A stretch of DNA of 64,000 nt, from IMG/VR virus record IMGVR_UViG_3300033153_005726, positions 1 to 64,000 of that record. One strand, written 5' to 3'. The stretch comes from a virus. Lineage: Duplodnaviria; Heunggongvirae; Uroviricota; Caudoviricetes. A model generated the notes under the pieces. The model saw nothing but the letters and a program-made list of their open reading frames with translations. It made no database searches and had not been told where the DNA came from. Below are positions 25,550-35,934 of the stretch, piece by piece. Positions within the stretch are counted from its first letter, which is position 1, and the number at the start of each line of letters is the position of its first letter. A program made the position numbers and the translations under genes.

Positions 25550-25852
25550 TTATTGTTCTTTAATTTTCATTTGAACATCTTTTTCCCATTGATGGGTAGA
25601 ATCAGTTACTATCCTGCAAGTGATCTTATAAGGGCTAGATAATTCATCACCTGCTTGGATCATACATAACCCACTCTTTGCACCATCACCCTGCACATTG
25701 GAAACAATAGTTGAACTTACATCAACTTCAGCGTTATCTATTGCAAACACATTTACGGTAGTGACCACTTCAGAATCATCCATATTTTCAGAAAAATCAA
25801 ATTCAATAGAAAACTTCTCGTAACCCTGTTTTGTAAATTTATCAAGTCCCAT
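25550..25852 (-). CDS. hypothetical small structural or accessory protein
   Basis: ORF track. Confidence 0.4.
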   Translation of the reverse strand: MGLDKFTKQGYEKFSIEFDFSENMDDSEVVTTVNVFAIDNAEVDVSSTIVSNVQGDGAKSGLCMIQAGDELSSPYKITCRIVTDSTHQWEKDVQMKIKEQ

Positions 25853-25861
25853 ATCTAATCC

Positions 25862-27394
25862 TCAATCACAAGTTTTCTTATAAGAACGAATAACTTTTTC
25901 CCTAGTAAATTTTTTTAATTGTACTGTTCTTTTATATATTTTACAAGATGATAATATTAAAGCTGGTATCACTGTGGCTATTATAGTATCGGAGAATTCA
26001 AAAGTATCTGAGAATTCTGTAAATAGCCCTTTACTTACTATCAATGAGTCAGATAATCCAAGAGCATCTGTGAGCAATGAAGTATTACCAAATATAAATG
26101 AATCAGATAAAATAAATGCATCATTTATTTGTGCTACACTATTTTGAACAACTTCGAGTGTATCAGATAATGTTAGAGTATCCTGAGAGAATATTTTTAA
26201 ATTAGCCAATACAACAATAGAATCTGATAAGCTGAGGGAATCCACTATACTTATAATGATTCCTATACTTAATACATCAGATAATGATAAAGAATCAGAT
26301 ATGCTTATATGAGCGTGTAACAGCCCCGTAGCAGTATCTATTAATGAAAGTGTATCACTGATATCAATTTTTGCTTTAAGCAGCGCTGAAGCAATGTCAG
26401 TGAGTGCTAGAGTGTCTTGTATATTAGTTTTATATTTTTGAAGTACATCAAACTGTTCAGCTAAAGCAAGAGTATCAGAAATGGATACACTATTTGCTGA
26501 TAATAAGTCAAAAAGATCCGACAACATTATAGTATCAGAAAGTTGAGAAATATAATTAGCTAAAGAATCGTCTGAATCCGAAAGAGTTAATGAATCAGAA
26601 GTACTCAGAAGATAATGACCAATATCAACAATAAAATCTGATAAAGATAATGTATCGAGAGTTGAGATAGAATAATGGCCTATCGCTTCTGGAGTATCAG
26701 ATAAAGATAAAGTATCAAACGGTGTTGTTGTATAATGCCCAATAGGTTCAAATATATCTGTTAATGATAAAGTATCATAAATTTGTAAAAGTTGACCAGT
26801 AGAAAATACACTAGTCAAAACTAATGTATCAGTCAGAAATGCAGAGTAGTTGCCTGTAGTAATTGTATCATCAGTTAATAATAAAGTATCTGATATTTGA
26901 ACAGCTATACCAACGGAGAGTAAATCAGTCAGAGATAGAGTATCTGAAGGAGAAATTGAAAAATGACCTACTATTTCTTCGCCATCAGTTAAAATTAACG
27001 TATCCAGTAATGTTGCTGTATAATTTCCTATTGTTTCAAGGGTATCAGATAGTACTAAAGTATCTCCAGAAGAGATAGAATAATTACCTAATGATTCAAG
27101 TGTATCTGAAAAAGATAAAGTATCTGATATTTGAACAGCTATACCAACAGAAAATACATCAGATAAAACTAAAGTATCAAATATTTCTACAATTTGACCA
27201 GTTCCAACACTATCTGTTAAAGTCAGTGTATCGGAAAATGAAACTATATAATTTCCCGAAGCAGAAAAAGAATCAGTTAAGTTAAAGGTATCAGATATTT
27301 CTGCTGTTTGACCAGTTCCTGATTCTTCAGTCGATCCTAAATATAGGTCATCATCAGAAGTAAGATATCCTCTATAAGTTATTACCCATCCCAT
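25862..27394 (-). CDS. tandem-repeat fibre-like protein (about 28 copies of a 17-aa unit, core DTL(S/T)LSD)
   Basis: Periodic SDTLSLSDxxExIGHYxxS repeats throughout; start overlaps the stop of the 1217-aa fibre gene. Confidence 0.55.
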   Translation of the reverse strand: MGWVITYRGYLTSDDDLYLGSTEESGTGQTAEISDTFNLTDSFSASGNYIVSFSDTLTLTDSVGTGQIVEIFDTLVLSDVFSVGIAVQISDTLSFSDTLESLGNYSISSGDTLVLSDTLETIGNYTATLLDTLILTDGEEIVGHFSISPSDTLSLTDLLSVGIAVQISDTLLLTDDTITTGNYSAFLTDTLVLTSVFSTGQLLQIYDTLSLTDIFEPIGHYTTTPFDTLSLSDTPEAIGHYSISTLDTLSLSDFIVDIGHYLLSTSDSLTLSDSDDSLANYISQLSDTIMLSDLFDLLSANSVSISDTLALAEQFDVLQKYKTNIQDTLALTDIASALLKAKIDISDTLSLIDTATGLLHAHISISDSLSLSDVLSIGIIISIVDSLSLSDSIVVLANLKIFSQDTLTLSDTLEVVQNSVAQINDAFILSDSFIFGNTSLLTDALGLSDSLIVSKGLFTEFSDTFEFSDTIIATVIPALILSSCKIYKRTVQLKKFTREKVIRSYKKTCD

Positions 27395-27395
27395 T

Positions 27396-30300
27396 TTATG
27401 GTACCCATACTATATTATGATTAGATCCTACTTGTTGTAATGTCCCGTTTTTACTGAGCAGTGGTTGATGTATCGGCCCGTGACCTGGAATGAATGGTAC
27501 TTGAGGTGTGTTTGGGTTGTTGGTTATGGTGAAGCCATGGATATCACCTCCACAATCCCTGTTTAACCCTGAATAATTACCTACGATGATGTTCCCAGAA
27601 CCCAAATCACCACTAGAAAAAGTAGGATTGGCATCATCTTGAAAAACTCCGTCAAGGGTAAGTGTCACATAATCTAAATCCGCATCATAGACAATTTCAA
27701 AATAATGCCACAAGCCATCCCAATAATCAGTACAATCAAGATTACAGATCTCAGATCCGTCGGGAAGGTAGAATGAAACAAGTATGCTGCTTGGAATTCT
27801 ACCCCGAAAAAACTCTTCACCACTGCTATGACCAAATACAGATGCATACGTGGAACTACTTGTATCAAGATGTCTATACCAGAAAGATATCTTTCCTCTG
27901 GTATTTATCGCATCACTATTTAATGGAAATAAAGCGTAATCAGTACCATCACCATCACCATCTGAATGAAAAGCACTATTTGCAATGCCATCAGGCCCTG
28001 TAACATGTGTAGCACCTGTAACTGTAATATCACCAGTTCCAATCTTCAAAGCATCGGAATCAGCTTCATCACCATGGATATAAGCAGTAATATCACTATG
28101 CGCCTTACTATAATCAGTTAAATTCCCTGGAATAAATGATCCGTAAGGGAGGATTGGTGTATCATAAATACAGAAGTTGTCTATGATGCCTCCTGCTCCG
28201 CTATCCACAGCGTCTGAAGCAATGTACAGATTGTCACCATTTGGAACTGGTGAATTTCCAGCCAATTCGACATTATCATCTGTAAGCAATCCGTCCAACC
28301 AAAGAATAGCCTTACCATCTTTATCCCATGTTAAAGTGATATTGTGCCACTCTCCGTCAAAAATATTAGTATGTACCCCTGACCCTCCAGGGCCATCAAA
28401 TGAATAAGAGTTTTCAGCATATCGGAATGTGAAACCTTCTGCATTCGGGCAATATAATGCGAAATCTGCTGAAGTAAGGCCAAACTGAAACATTCTCGAA
28501 TATCCAGCAAATGTTTCAGTTTGTTTGAAGTCAAAAGATATTGCTCCCGTGTCTAAACTAACATTGTTTCCATCAGTTGCAGTTATGTAAACTCCGTCAC
28601 CAGAATTAGGAATTTCTATTCCATTGCCTCGTTTGCCTAATACAAAAGATGAATCCCCTAATTCTACCGTATCGCCATCAGTAGCATCAAACACATCCAA
28701 AGTGTCAGAATCGCAATTCCACTGAACCAACAAATGCTCATCCTCACTGCCCACAGTACCCGTCCGAACACTCGCCTCATGTAATTCTATAGCAGGATTA
28801 ATCTCGTCTTGCTGGAAGTCAAGTTTGGTTGAATGAGAAACACGAAACATCTGGTAAGGATCAGCATGGAGAGATGCTATTTCTTCTGCTGAGAGGGCTC
28901 GGTTGTAGATGTAAATTGTTTCAACATTAGAATCTAAATAATCACTGCTTCTGGTCCTTCCAATTTGGAAATTATTTAACGTACCTAAAATTGTACCTGA
29001 ATGAGTTATATCATCAAAATAACCATTCATTCCTAAATTAATATTAGACGCTGTAACAATAGCAGATACAATTGAGCGATTTGCAGGAGTAGTTAAATTA
29101 GAGTCAGCTCTGGAATAATCAAGCGAACCATGAATAGTAAAACCAATATACCCTGTATTGTTATACTGCTCCATTTTCAAAGTATAACCATCTAAAGTAC
29201 CGTCGTTATACGCACAAATAGAACTACTAAGCCCAGGTGAAGCACCATTATTTACAATCGCAATAATAGTAAATGGAAAATCTTGTGGCAAACCACTTGT
29301 AGTGACAGACATATAATCAGAATTTGCCTGAATAAAATCTAATCCACCATCAACCCAATCAGGACCAGATATATTAGTAAAATCTGCTGTTCCTGCATAA
29401 TCAGCAACAGTGTCTCCACTCCCCTCATTCATCAGCCAAGCACCCACCAAACCATCAGCAAGGGAATGACCTGATATTAAAGAGGCCGATAATTTAGGTT
29501 TATCCTGGGGTTGGGGAAGATCAATATGATACGCGCCATCGGTTGCCATGCCGTGCCTGAACATTTGGTAAGGATCGTCATGAATCTGAGCTATTTCCTG
29601 GGCAGATAACGCCCTGTTATAAATATGAACGTAATGAATCTCGCCATTCCAGACATTACTCGTATCTGACTGGCCACCAAGGTACATATCGCCTGTGGAA
29701 TCATCAATATCACCTGTTTGCGTAGGTGGGGTACCCCCTGCTTTTACGCCATCTTTATAAACGATGAGTTCAGCTCCATCATAAGTCCCAGCAAGAGTAT
29801 ATTCAGTATCAGTTGATAGGATACCACCTTCGGAATCTTCCTCTATAACAGTAGCGGTTCCATTGTAAACACCGAACCGAAATCCATCAGATGTAGCAGA
29901 AGGCATACGAAGGAAAACACTATCATTTGCTGCTATTTTGAGCCATGTACCAATTGATGCACCCGTTTTTACCTTAGCTACGATGGTGATCCCATCAGTG
30001 TAGAGATCGTCAAGGTCCCCTATACTTACCTTACGGTCACTGTCGCTGTTGATATCAAGGCCGTCTGTAATCCAGCCATCAGATGCGGCCATGTTTCCAT
30101 CATTACTCCCCGTAGCGTCATGAACATCCGTTCCGGTATTTTCATTCATGATCCACGAACCAACAAGACCATTTGCAAGAGGATGATCAGTAATTAACGC
30201 TCTATCATATCCAGGTTTCCCGAAATCAGTATTCGGTATGTTGAGATCAGTTACAGCAGATCCGGTTGTGATGTCTGGGAGCGTTGTGTTGGAAGGGATA

Positions 30301-31049
30301 TCGTGGTATTGATTGCCTAGGAGGAGTCGTTCTGTCGATGTGTATTGCTTACCGCCATCTCTTTCTGCTGAGTCGATGACAACGCATATATTTTGCTTAT
30401 GTACCCCTGAAGCAATTGTGCCGTCATTCCAACCTGCAACGGATGCGCCCGCCCCCCATACAGCCTGTGTCCCCGTTGGTGCTTCAACGTCCTGATGCAT
30501 AACAGAAAACAATATGTCTATTTCTGTGGCAGTTGAACCTATATAGTTCTCGTCTGGCAAGTTTGTCCAATTTGTTCCTGATGTTTCAGTTATTGTTCCG
30601 TAGATATTCGCAACGCTTGTCCCATTATTAGACACCAAAACACCATTGCTATCGGTATCATTATCAATAACAATATCAGATGAAGTTTCCCATTTACATA
30701 CAACTGTAAAATGATCCTGATATACAGTAAACAGTAATTCAACCCCCGTCGACCCAGACAAATAACTGTTTCCTGTATATGTACTGTCGTAATTGCCAGA
30801 AAGAACAAAAACAACTCGTGTTGTATTATTCTCAATAATAGTTATTGTTTTATTTTCATCATATCCTAAAAAATAAATCGTACTTGCATGAACCCTGTTA
30901 TCTGAGATATAAATGAGATTAGTCGTATTTGCTTCATCTCGAATAGAAGCTATCCGATTATCCAGTTGGGATTTATGTACTCGCAACACATACCCATCAC
31001 AAAAAACGTCAATATAGTTACTCTGCTCATCAACTGTAAGATACATCAT
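27396..31049 (-). CDS. large tail fibre / receptor-binding protein with several ConA/LamG-like lectin domains
   Basis: Repeated LamG_3-type endings ...IYNRALSAQEIAQIHDDPYQMFR and ...IYNRALSAEEIASLHADPYQMFR. Confidence 0.55.
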   Translation of the reverse strand: MMYLTVDEQSNYIDVFCDGYVLRVHKSQLDNRIASIRDEANTTNLIYISDNRVHASTIYFLGYDENKTITIIENNTTRVVFVLSGNYDSTYTGNSYLSGSTGVELLFTVYQDHFTVVCKWETSSDIVIDNDTDSNGVLVSNNGTSVANIYGTITETSGTNWTNLPDENYIGSTATEIDILFSVMHQDVEAPTGTQAVWGAGASVAGWNDGTIASGVHKQNICVVIDSAERDGGKQYTSTERLLLGNQYHDIPSNTTLPDITTGSAVTDLNIPNTDFGKPGYDRALITDHPLANGLVGSWIMNENTGTDVHDATGSNDGNMAASDGWITDGLDINSDSDRKVSIGDLDDLYTDGITIVAKVKTGASIGTWLKIAANDSVFLRMPSATSDGFRFGVYNGTATVIEEDSEGGILSTDTEYTLAGTYDGAELIVYKDGVKAGGTPPTQTGDIDDSTGDMYLGGQSDTSNVWNGEIHYVHIYNRALSAQEIAQIHDDPYQMFRHGMATDGAYHIDLPQPQDKPKLSASLISGHSLADGLVGAWLMNEGSGDTVADYAGTADFTNISGPDWVDGGLDFIQANSDYMSVTTSGLPQDFPFTIIAIVNNGASPGLSSSICAYNDGTLDGYTLKMEQYNNTGYIGFTIHGSLDYSRADSNLTTPANRSIVSAIVTASNINLGMNGYFDDITHSGTILGTLNNFQIGRTRSSDYLDSNVETIYIYNRALSAEEIASLHADPYQMFRVSHSTKLDFQQDEINPAIELHEASVRTGTVGSEDEHLLVQWNCDSDTLDVFDATDGDTVELGDSSFVLGKRGNGIEIPNSGDGVYITATDGNNVSLDTGAISFDFKQTETFAGYSRMFQFGLTSADFALYCPNAEGFTFRYAENSYSFDGPGGSGVHTNIFDGEWHNITLTWDKDGKAILWLDGLLTDDNVELAGNSPVPNGDNLYIASDAVDSGAGGIIDNFCIYDTPILPYGSFIPGNLTDYSKAHSDITAYIHGDEADSDALKIGTGDITVTGATHVTGPDGIANSAFHSDGDGDGTDYALFPLNSDAINTRGKISFWYRHLDTSSSTYASVFGHSSGEEFFRGRIPSSILVSFYLPDGSEICNLDCTDYWDGLWHYFEIVYDADLDYVTLTLDGVFQDDANPTFSSGDLGSGNIIVGNYSGLNRDCGGDIHGFTITNNPNTPQVPFIPGHGPIHQPLLSKNGTLQQVGSNHNIVWVP

Positions 31050-31135
31050 TGCACCTCAAGCGATACTTGGAATAAATAACAATAATAAGAAAATAATTGC
31101 TTTATGTATTTTACACATTTGCGATCCTTCATGTT

Positions 31136-31159
31136 GGTGGGCAACCGAAGTCACCCACC
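31136..31159 (-). other. stable RNA hairpin with UUCG tetraloop (GGUGGGUGAC-UUCG-GUUGCCCACC) between structural genes
   Basis: 10-bp stem (2 G-U pairs) with a UUCG loop; no T-tract; candidate processing or stability element. Confidence 0.35.
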
Positions 31160-31179
31160 AAGTTTATTATGCAAGTTTA

Positions 31180-31689
31180 TTAGGCATCTACAGTATAAGT
31201 GATGTCAAGAGTCTCGCCTTGTGCAAGAGTTTTTGAAACATCAGCAGAAGATAACAAAATACCATCAGTACAAGCTTGATCATCTTTTGCATCATCATCA
31301 GTAGCACCAGTAGGTGAACCAACAACACCAATACCTACAACACTAATACCACCTGTATCAGCGGTAATGGTAGCTACAACAGCATTAGTTACTGATTGAG
31401 AAGAAGAAGCACCTTCATCCCACCCTTGGCGTAATGATTCTGTATAGTTATCTGTTTCTGTACGATTCGGTACAGCATATGTATCTCCAGCAGCAGCAGT
31501 ACCAGAAGTAAAAATAGCAAAGAACCAATCAAGTACAGATGTTTGATTATGCAATACAGCATCAAGTGCATAATCTTTTCCTTCATTAGTAATAAGATTG
31601 TTAATTAATTCTCGATCAATAATATCACCATTAATATCACGATGAGTTAAAAAATACTTCCCTTTAAAATTCAATTTGGCTTTCATCAT
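31180..31689 (-). CDS. hypothetical structural protein
   Basis: ORF track; AAGGAAATTATG RBS. Confidence 0.4.
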   Translation of the reverse strand: MMKAKLNFKGKYFLTHRDINGDIIDRELINNLITNEGKDYALDAVLHNQTSVLDWFFAIFTSGTAAAGDTYAVPNRTETDNYTESLRQGWDEGASSSQSVTNAVVATITADTGGISVVGIGVVGSPTGATDDDAKDDQACTDGILLSSADVSKTLAQGETLDITYTVDA

Positions 31690-31821
31690 AATTTCCTTCG
31701 TTTAAACGATGTTGTCATTTTACAGCGGAAAAATTCTCCTACTGCTCTTAAAGTCATTAATACTGTAGTCCATTTAGTAAAATGCTTCGTCTTAAAATAA
31801 TTAGTCTTAAAATGTCTTGTA

Positions 31822-33819
31822 TTAAACATCTGTCACTATATTAGTTCTATTTCCACTACTATCGACTGTAGAGGTAATCGCATCCCTATCATCAGAAATA
31901 CTTCTAAAGGTTTCGGTTGAAGTTCCAGCACCAGAGACTTTACCTGCCAAAATAGCACCTGCGACTTTCATAATCTGTTCTGCTGTATAACCAGTTTCGA
32001 TTAATTCAGACCACACAGAAGTTGAGGATGCATCGGCCTGTATATCGCGATTGTTTAATTTGTCAGTAAGAACTGTACAACCTGCCGCAGAATTATCAGC
32101 AGGATATCCCGTACCACTCAAGTTGATGATACCCTCTACACAAGTGTCATTAACGGTAACTTTAGACATTAATGAATGAACATTTACGTTATTAATCCCA
32201 TACTTGTTGTCCAGAATCAAGTGACTAATCCATTCTTGAATAGTTACAAATGCTTGACCTACATTCAGGATTGTTCCCGCACGATCTATAGCTCTACAGT
32301 CTTTCATAATAACTTGATTTGTAAGACTGTCTTCACAAGCATTAGAGCCCATGAACCCACACTCTTTAAATATACCACATAAATTTGTGAGATTCATAAT
32401 GAAACAATTTTGATATATAGTCTTATGACCAGATACACCTGTTACACGAAGATATGTAAACTCAGTATCTTTCATCTCGACACCGGACTCCAAAGTAACA
32501 GTCAAACTTAGAGATTTATGTGCTTCAATAATCTTTTTAGAAATATCCATTCCTGTAGTAAATGTAACACTGCTATGTAAATGGATAACTTCACAATTAT
32601 ACTTTTCTGCTAAAATTAAAGCATCCGCTACATTATCAACAGGATCTCCTAAAGTTCCTAAAGGATATGTAGAACCAGAAGAGCCAGTCTCAGTATCAAT
32701 TACTACTTTACGATTATACTCAACAGCAATCTGATTAACTAAACCAGAAACATTAACTTTGTTAGGAAGAGTCAAATTAGAGTAATCATATAGTAACCCA
32801 TTTCCTGATACAATAATTGTACCATCAGTAATAGAAGGTTCAAGAATAACTAAACCAGCATTCAAACCGATACCAATTTCTTCACTAGCAGAAGATAAAT
32901 TTCTAATTTTAACAATACCAGTATAATTAGGCATACTTAAATCTTGGCCCGAGAAATTCATATCAATAATTGGAATAGTATCTTGATCAACAATAATACA
33001 ATTATTAAATGTACACTCTGTATTACCACCTAAAACGATAGTACCGTAAAGTCCAGAGTTTTCAATATAACCATTCATAAAATCTATACTACCAACACGG
33101 CAATTACTTAAATGAGTACCCCCATCTAATGTACCTGTTATATTACATTCTTTAATCGTAACTTCAGAACAAATAGCATCAGATAGTATTTCAAGATAGG
33201 TATTTACAGCAGAACGTCCGTAAATTTCAAAACCTGTAAGTTCTATCACACCACCTACTCCAAGAGCATTAGAACCTGTCATTGATTTTAATATTTTTAA
33301 TTTCTTAAACCCACGATAATCATCAATTAATAAAGCATCATCAATATTATTAACTGGTTTTCTAGGTGTCCCTGTTGGAAATATTGTACCTGTATTGGAT
33401 GTAGTAACATCTATATGAACAGCACCATCAAAACTTGAATATTCTATATCTGGTGAACTAACCATTCCTGCGGAATTAGCAAGTCTGACAGAAACTTGAT
33501 TAACATTTACCCTATCACCAATATTACTATTCGCACCTACCAAGTTTACTGCATATTGCCCATCCTCGAAAGTTATAGTGTATGGTTCATTCATCAATAT
33601 TGATTTGGCAAGGGTGAGCGTACCTACATCAACTTCTGGATAATGTTCCCAAACAGTAGGAAATGTCATACCATTAGGGTCATCCTCAAGTGCCATAATT
33701 TGCAATCTAAGCCAATTTATATTACACTCCCGTATTTCCGTTGGAGATGACTGAATTAATGTCATATCCGCTCTCGGAACGTGGAATATATAATTGGGCC
33801 AGTCAGCAATAATCGACAT
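31822..33819 (-). CDS. tailspike-like protein with probable right-handed beta-helix (pectate-lyase-like) domain
   Basis: Repetitive NCxIxD / TIVLGGNTECTFNNCIIVD beta-helix-like coils. Confidence 0.4.
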   Translation of the reverse strand: MSIIADWPNYIFHVPRADMTLIQSSPTEIRECNINWLRLQIMALEDDPNGMTFPTVWEHYPEVDVGTLTLAKSILMNEPYTITFEDGQYAVNLVGANSNIGDRVNVNQVSVRLANSAGMVSSPDIEYSSFDGAVHIDVTTSNTGTIFPTGTPRKPVNNIDDALLIDDYRGFKKLKILKSMTGSNALGVGGVIELTGFEIYGRSAVNTYLEILSDAICSEVTIKECNITGTLDGGTHLSNCRVGSIDFMNGYIENSGLYGTIVLGGNTECTFNNCIIVDQDTIPIIDMNFSGQDLSMPNYTGIVKIRNLSSASEEIGIGLNAGLVILEPSITDGTIIVSGNGLLYDYSNLTLPNKVNVSGLVNQIAVEYNRKVVIDTETGSSGSTYPLGTLGDPVDNVADALILAEKYNCEVIHLHSSVTFTTGMDISKKIIEAHKSLSLTVTLESGVEMKDTEFTYLRVTGVSGHKTIYQNCFIMNLTNLCGIFKECGFMGSNACEDSLTNQVIMKDCRAIDRAGTILNVGQAFVTIQEWISHLILDNKYGINNVNVHSLMSKVTVNDTCVEGIINLSGTGYPADNSAAGCTVLTDKLNNRDIQADASSTSVWSELIETGYTAEQIMKVAGAILAGKVSGAGTSTETFRSISDDRDAITSTVDSSGNRTNIVTDV

Positions 33820-34031
33820 TATCTAACCCCTGCTTCAAATAATTTAGCTCTCATACTATTAATAGTGTCTTTCAACACGACAATATCAGATAACATAGTT
33901 ATCATGATTGCTCTATCCTTAGACAAGAGTTCTTTCACTTCACGCAAATCTTTGTTCAAAGATATTATATTTACATGAGCAGACTTTACATTAAGTCTTA
34001 GCTCTGTAATTCCTGGTTGATAATCATTCAT
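33819..34031 (-). CDS. small coiled-coil protein (possible fibre assembly/chaperone)
   Basis: ORF track; ATGA coupling. Confidence 0.3.
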   Translation of the reverse strand: MNDYQPGITELRLNVKSAHVNIISLNKDLREVKELLSKDRAIMITMLSDIVVLKDTINSMRAKLFEAGVR

Positions 34032-35925
34032 CTGATAACATTAGAGCTGTCAGAGACACACCATCAGCAGAGTCAATTACTCCTGTGACTTGTCCTGTTT
34101 TATAATAAGGTGACGATGTAGATTTTCTTACCCAACCAATTACAGGTTGATCAGAAGAATACGTTTTCTGCTTTGTAATGGTGTTTGTTGCCCCTAACGT
34201 TTCGTAAATACATACCCACGTAGATGTACCACTTATACTCGATTGAGTTTCAGTTGATGCATAAGTATATGTATCGGCATCAGTAACTGTTATAGAATAA
34301 ACACCATTAAGATCGGCATTACTTAACCCTTTAATCAATGCTTTATCGTTAGTTTTCATACCATGAGTCGTATGAGACACAGTAGCAATCGAACCGTTTG
34401 CAGATACAGATACAGAATTTTCAAATGGTAATGGGCCAGTACCATCTTTTGCATATAGTGCAATAGCAACACCATTAACAGGGTCGCCAGCAACGTCAAT
34501 GGCAGAAATAGTAGTATCAACAGCCCCAGCAATTACGTTTACAACAGCCCCAGCACTTGACACAGATGGTGTGTCGCCAGTAGAAGCCACAGTAATATTA
34601 AATGTTCCAGTTGTTGCTGTGACATGTATTGCCTCATTCCCAGTTATAGATCCACCGGTAACTTCTACACCATCACCAGCAGATCCACTATCGTACCCAG
34701 ACAATGTACAATCCCAACCAAAATCAGCACCAGCACTAGTCAATTGAACAGCATTACTATCATTAGATTCAAAATTACATTTATCAAGATAGTTAAGGTC
34801 TGCTGTAGTAATGCAATGTGTTGTAGGTGTTTTAAATGTACAACCTGATAATGTAGAACTTGCAACTAAAGGCACTGAAGATGAAACAGTGTTGTTCAAA
34901 AACGTTCCACCATTAACAGTTATGGCTTCTACATTATTTAACGACGCATTTTGAATTGTCCAATCAGTATCGACAGTAAGAGCTTTAATCCTCTCAAGTG
35001 TACCACCATCAAAATTATATTCAGCACCAGACTCTTTTGAAAATGTCAACCATGCATTTTCATTCCCATAAAATGAGCTGTTAAGAGAGTTAAATTCAGT
35101 TGTATAACTAGAATGTTTCTCCAAATGTACAATATTGTATAATGTATCACTACCTACAGAAGATATCCATGATGAACCATTGTAATATTCTGTTGTATTA
35201 AAACCAATAACTTTATTTGTAACCGTGAGGATAGTATTAGCAGAAGCACTGGTATTATCACCAAGAGTGAATTTACCTAATGCATAATTAAATCGACCTT
35301 CTTCGGTAAATATTCCTATAATTCTTGTGATAGGAGTGTTCCAAGCATAAGTAAGTATTTCATCAAATGTACCAGTACCACTATGTGCTATTAATCCATC
35401 AGCAATAGCAAACTCATCAATAAAAATAGATTCAGCACGTACAGACGCAGCCACATCAAGCCATAACCCAAATGTATCTATGATCGTATTATCATATGTT
35501 CCAGGGTCGTAAGTTCCCGCAGTTGTTGGATCGATAATAAACATCTTCCAACCTTGTGACCAGCCGTTATCACCATCAGAACCAGCAACAGTCCAATAGC
35601 GACTATCGTCCTGATTATCACCCAAAATAATAGACATACCATAAGTGGATAATATGTCCAATGATGATGTACTGGAAATACCAAGCCACATATACAACTT
35701 TTGACCTTCTGCATTACCTCCTCCAGTAAAGTCATAAGTTGTACCATGTGTATAATATGTGTACCCTGTTTTATTAGCATACTGGCTACCAATAGATGCA
35801 CCACCTTGCAAGTACTGATCTGGGTTGGCAGAAATATTACCACCACCGTCCTCTGCCCACCCAGAAGTACTCTCGCAACTATTGATTACGCCTATACCAT
35901 TCCAACCTATTGATGAAAAAGACAT
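34024..35925 (-). CDS. tail fibre protein
   Basis: Gly/Ser/Thr-rich; position in fibre cluster. Confidence 0.45.
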   Translation of the reverse strand: MSFSSIGWNGIGVINSCESTSGWAEDGGGNISANPDQYLQGGASIGSQYANKTGYTYYTHGTTYDFTGGGNAEGQKLYMWLGISSTSSLDILSTYGMSIILGDNQDDSRYWTVAGSDGDNGWSQGWKMFIIDPTTAGTYDPGTYDNTIIDTFGLWLDVAASVRAESIFIDEFAIADGLIAHSGTGTFDEILTYAWNTPITRIIGIFTEEGRFNYALGKFTLGDNTSASANTILTVTNKVIGFNTTEYYNGSSWISSVGSDTLYNIVHLEKHSSYTTEFNSLNSSFYGNENAWLTFSKESGAEYNFDGGTLERIKALTVDTDWTIQNASLNNVEAITVNGGTFLNNTVSSSVPLVASSTLSGCTFKTPTTHCITTADLNYLDKCNFESNDSNAVQLTSAGADFGWDCTLSGYDSGSAGDGVEVTGGSITGNEAIHVTATTGTFNITVASTGDTPSVSSAGAVVNVIAGAVDTTISAIDVAGDPVNGVAIALYAKDGTGPLPFENSVSVSANGSIATVSHTTHGMKTNDKALIKGLSNADLNGVYSITVTDADTYTYASTETQSSISGTSTWVCIYETLGATNTITKQKTYSSDQPVIGWVRKSTSSPYYKTGQVTGVIDSADGVSLTALMLSDE

Positions 35926-35934
35926 TGGTTACCT

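Noticed and set aside
25862-27394. Periodic about 51-nt DNA repeats suggestive of a CRISPR-like array
   Set aside because: Repeats are in-frame codon repeats of one long ORF with no unique spacers of regular length and no leader/cas context. It is a tandem-repeat protein
25117-31049. Diversity-generating retroelement near fibre genes
   Set aside because: No reverse transcriptase ORF and no template/variable repeat pair detected near the C-termini of the fibre genes
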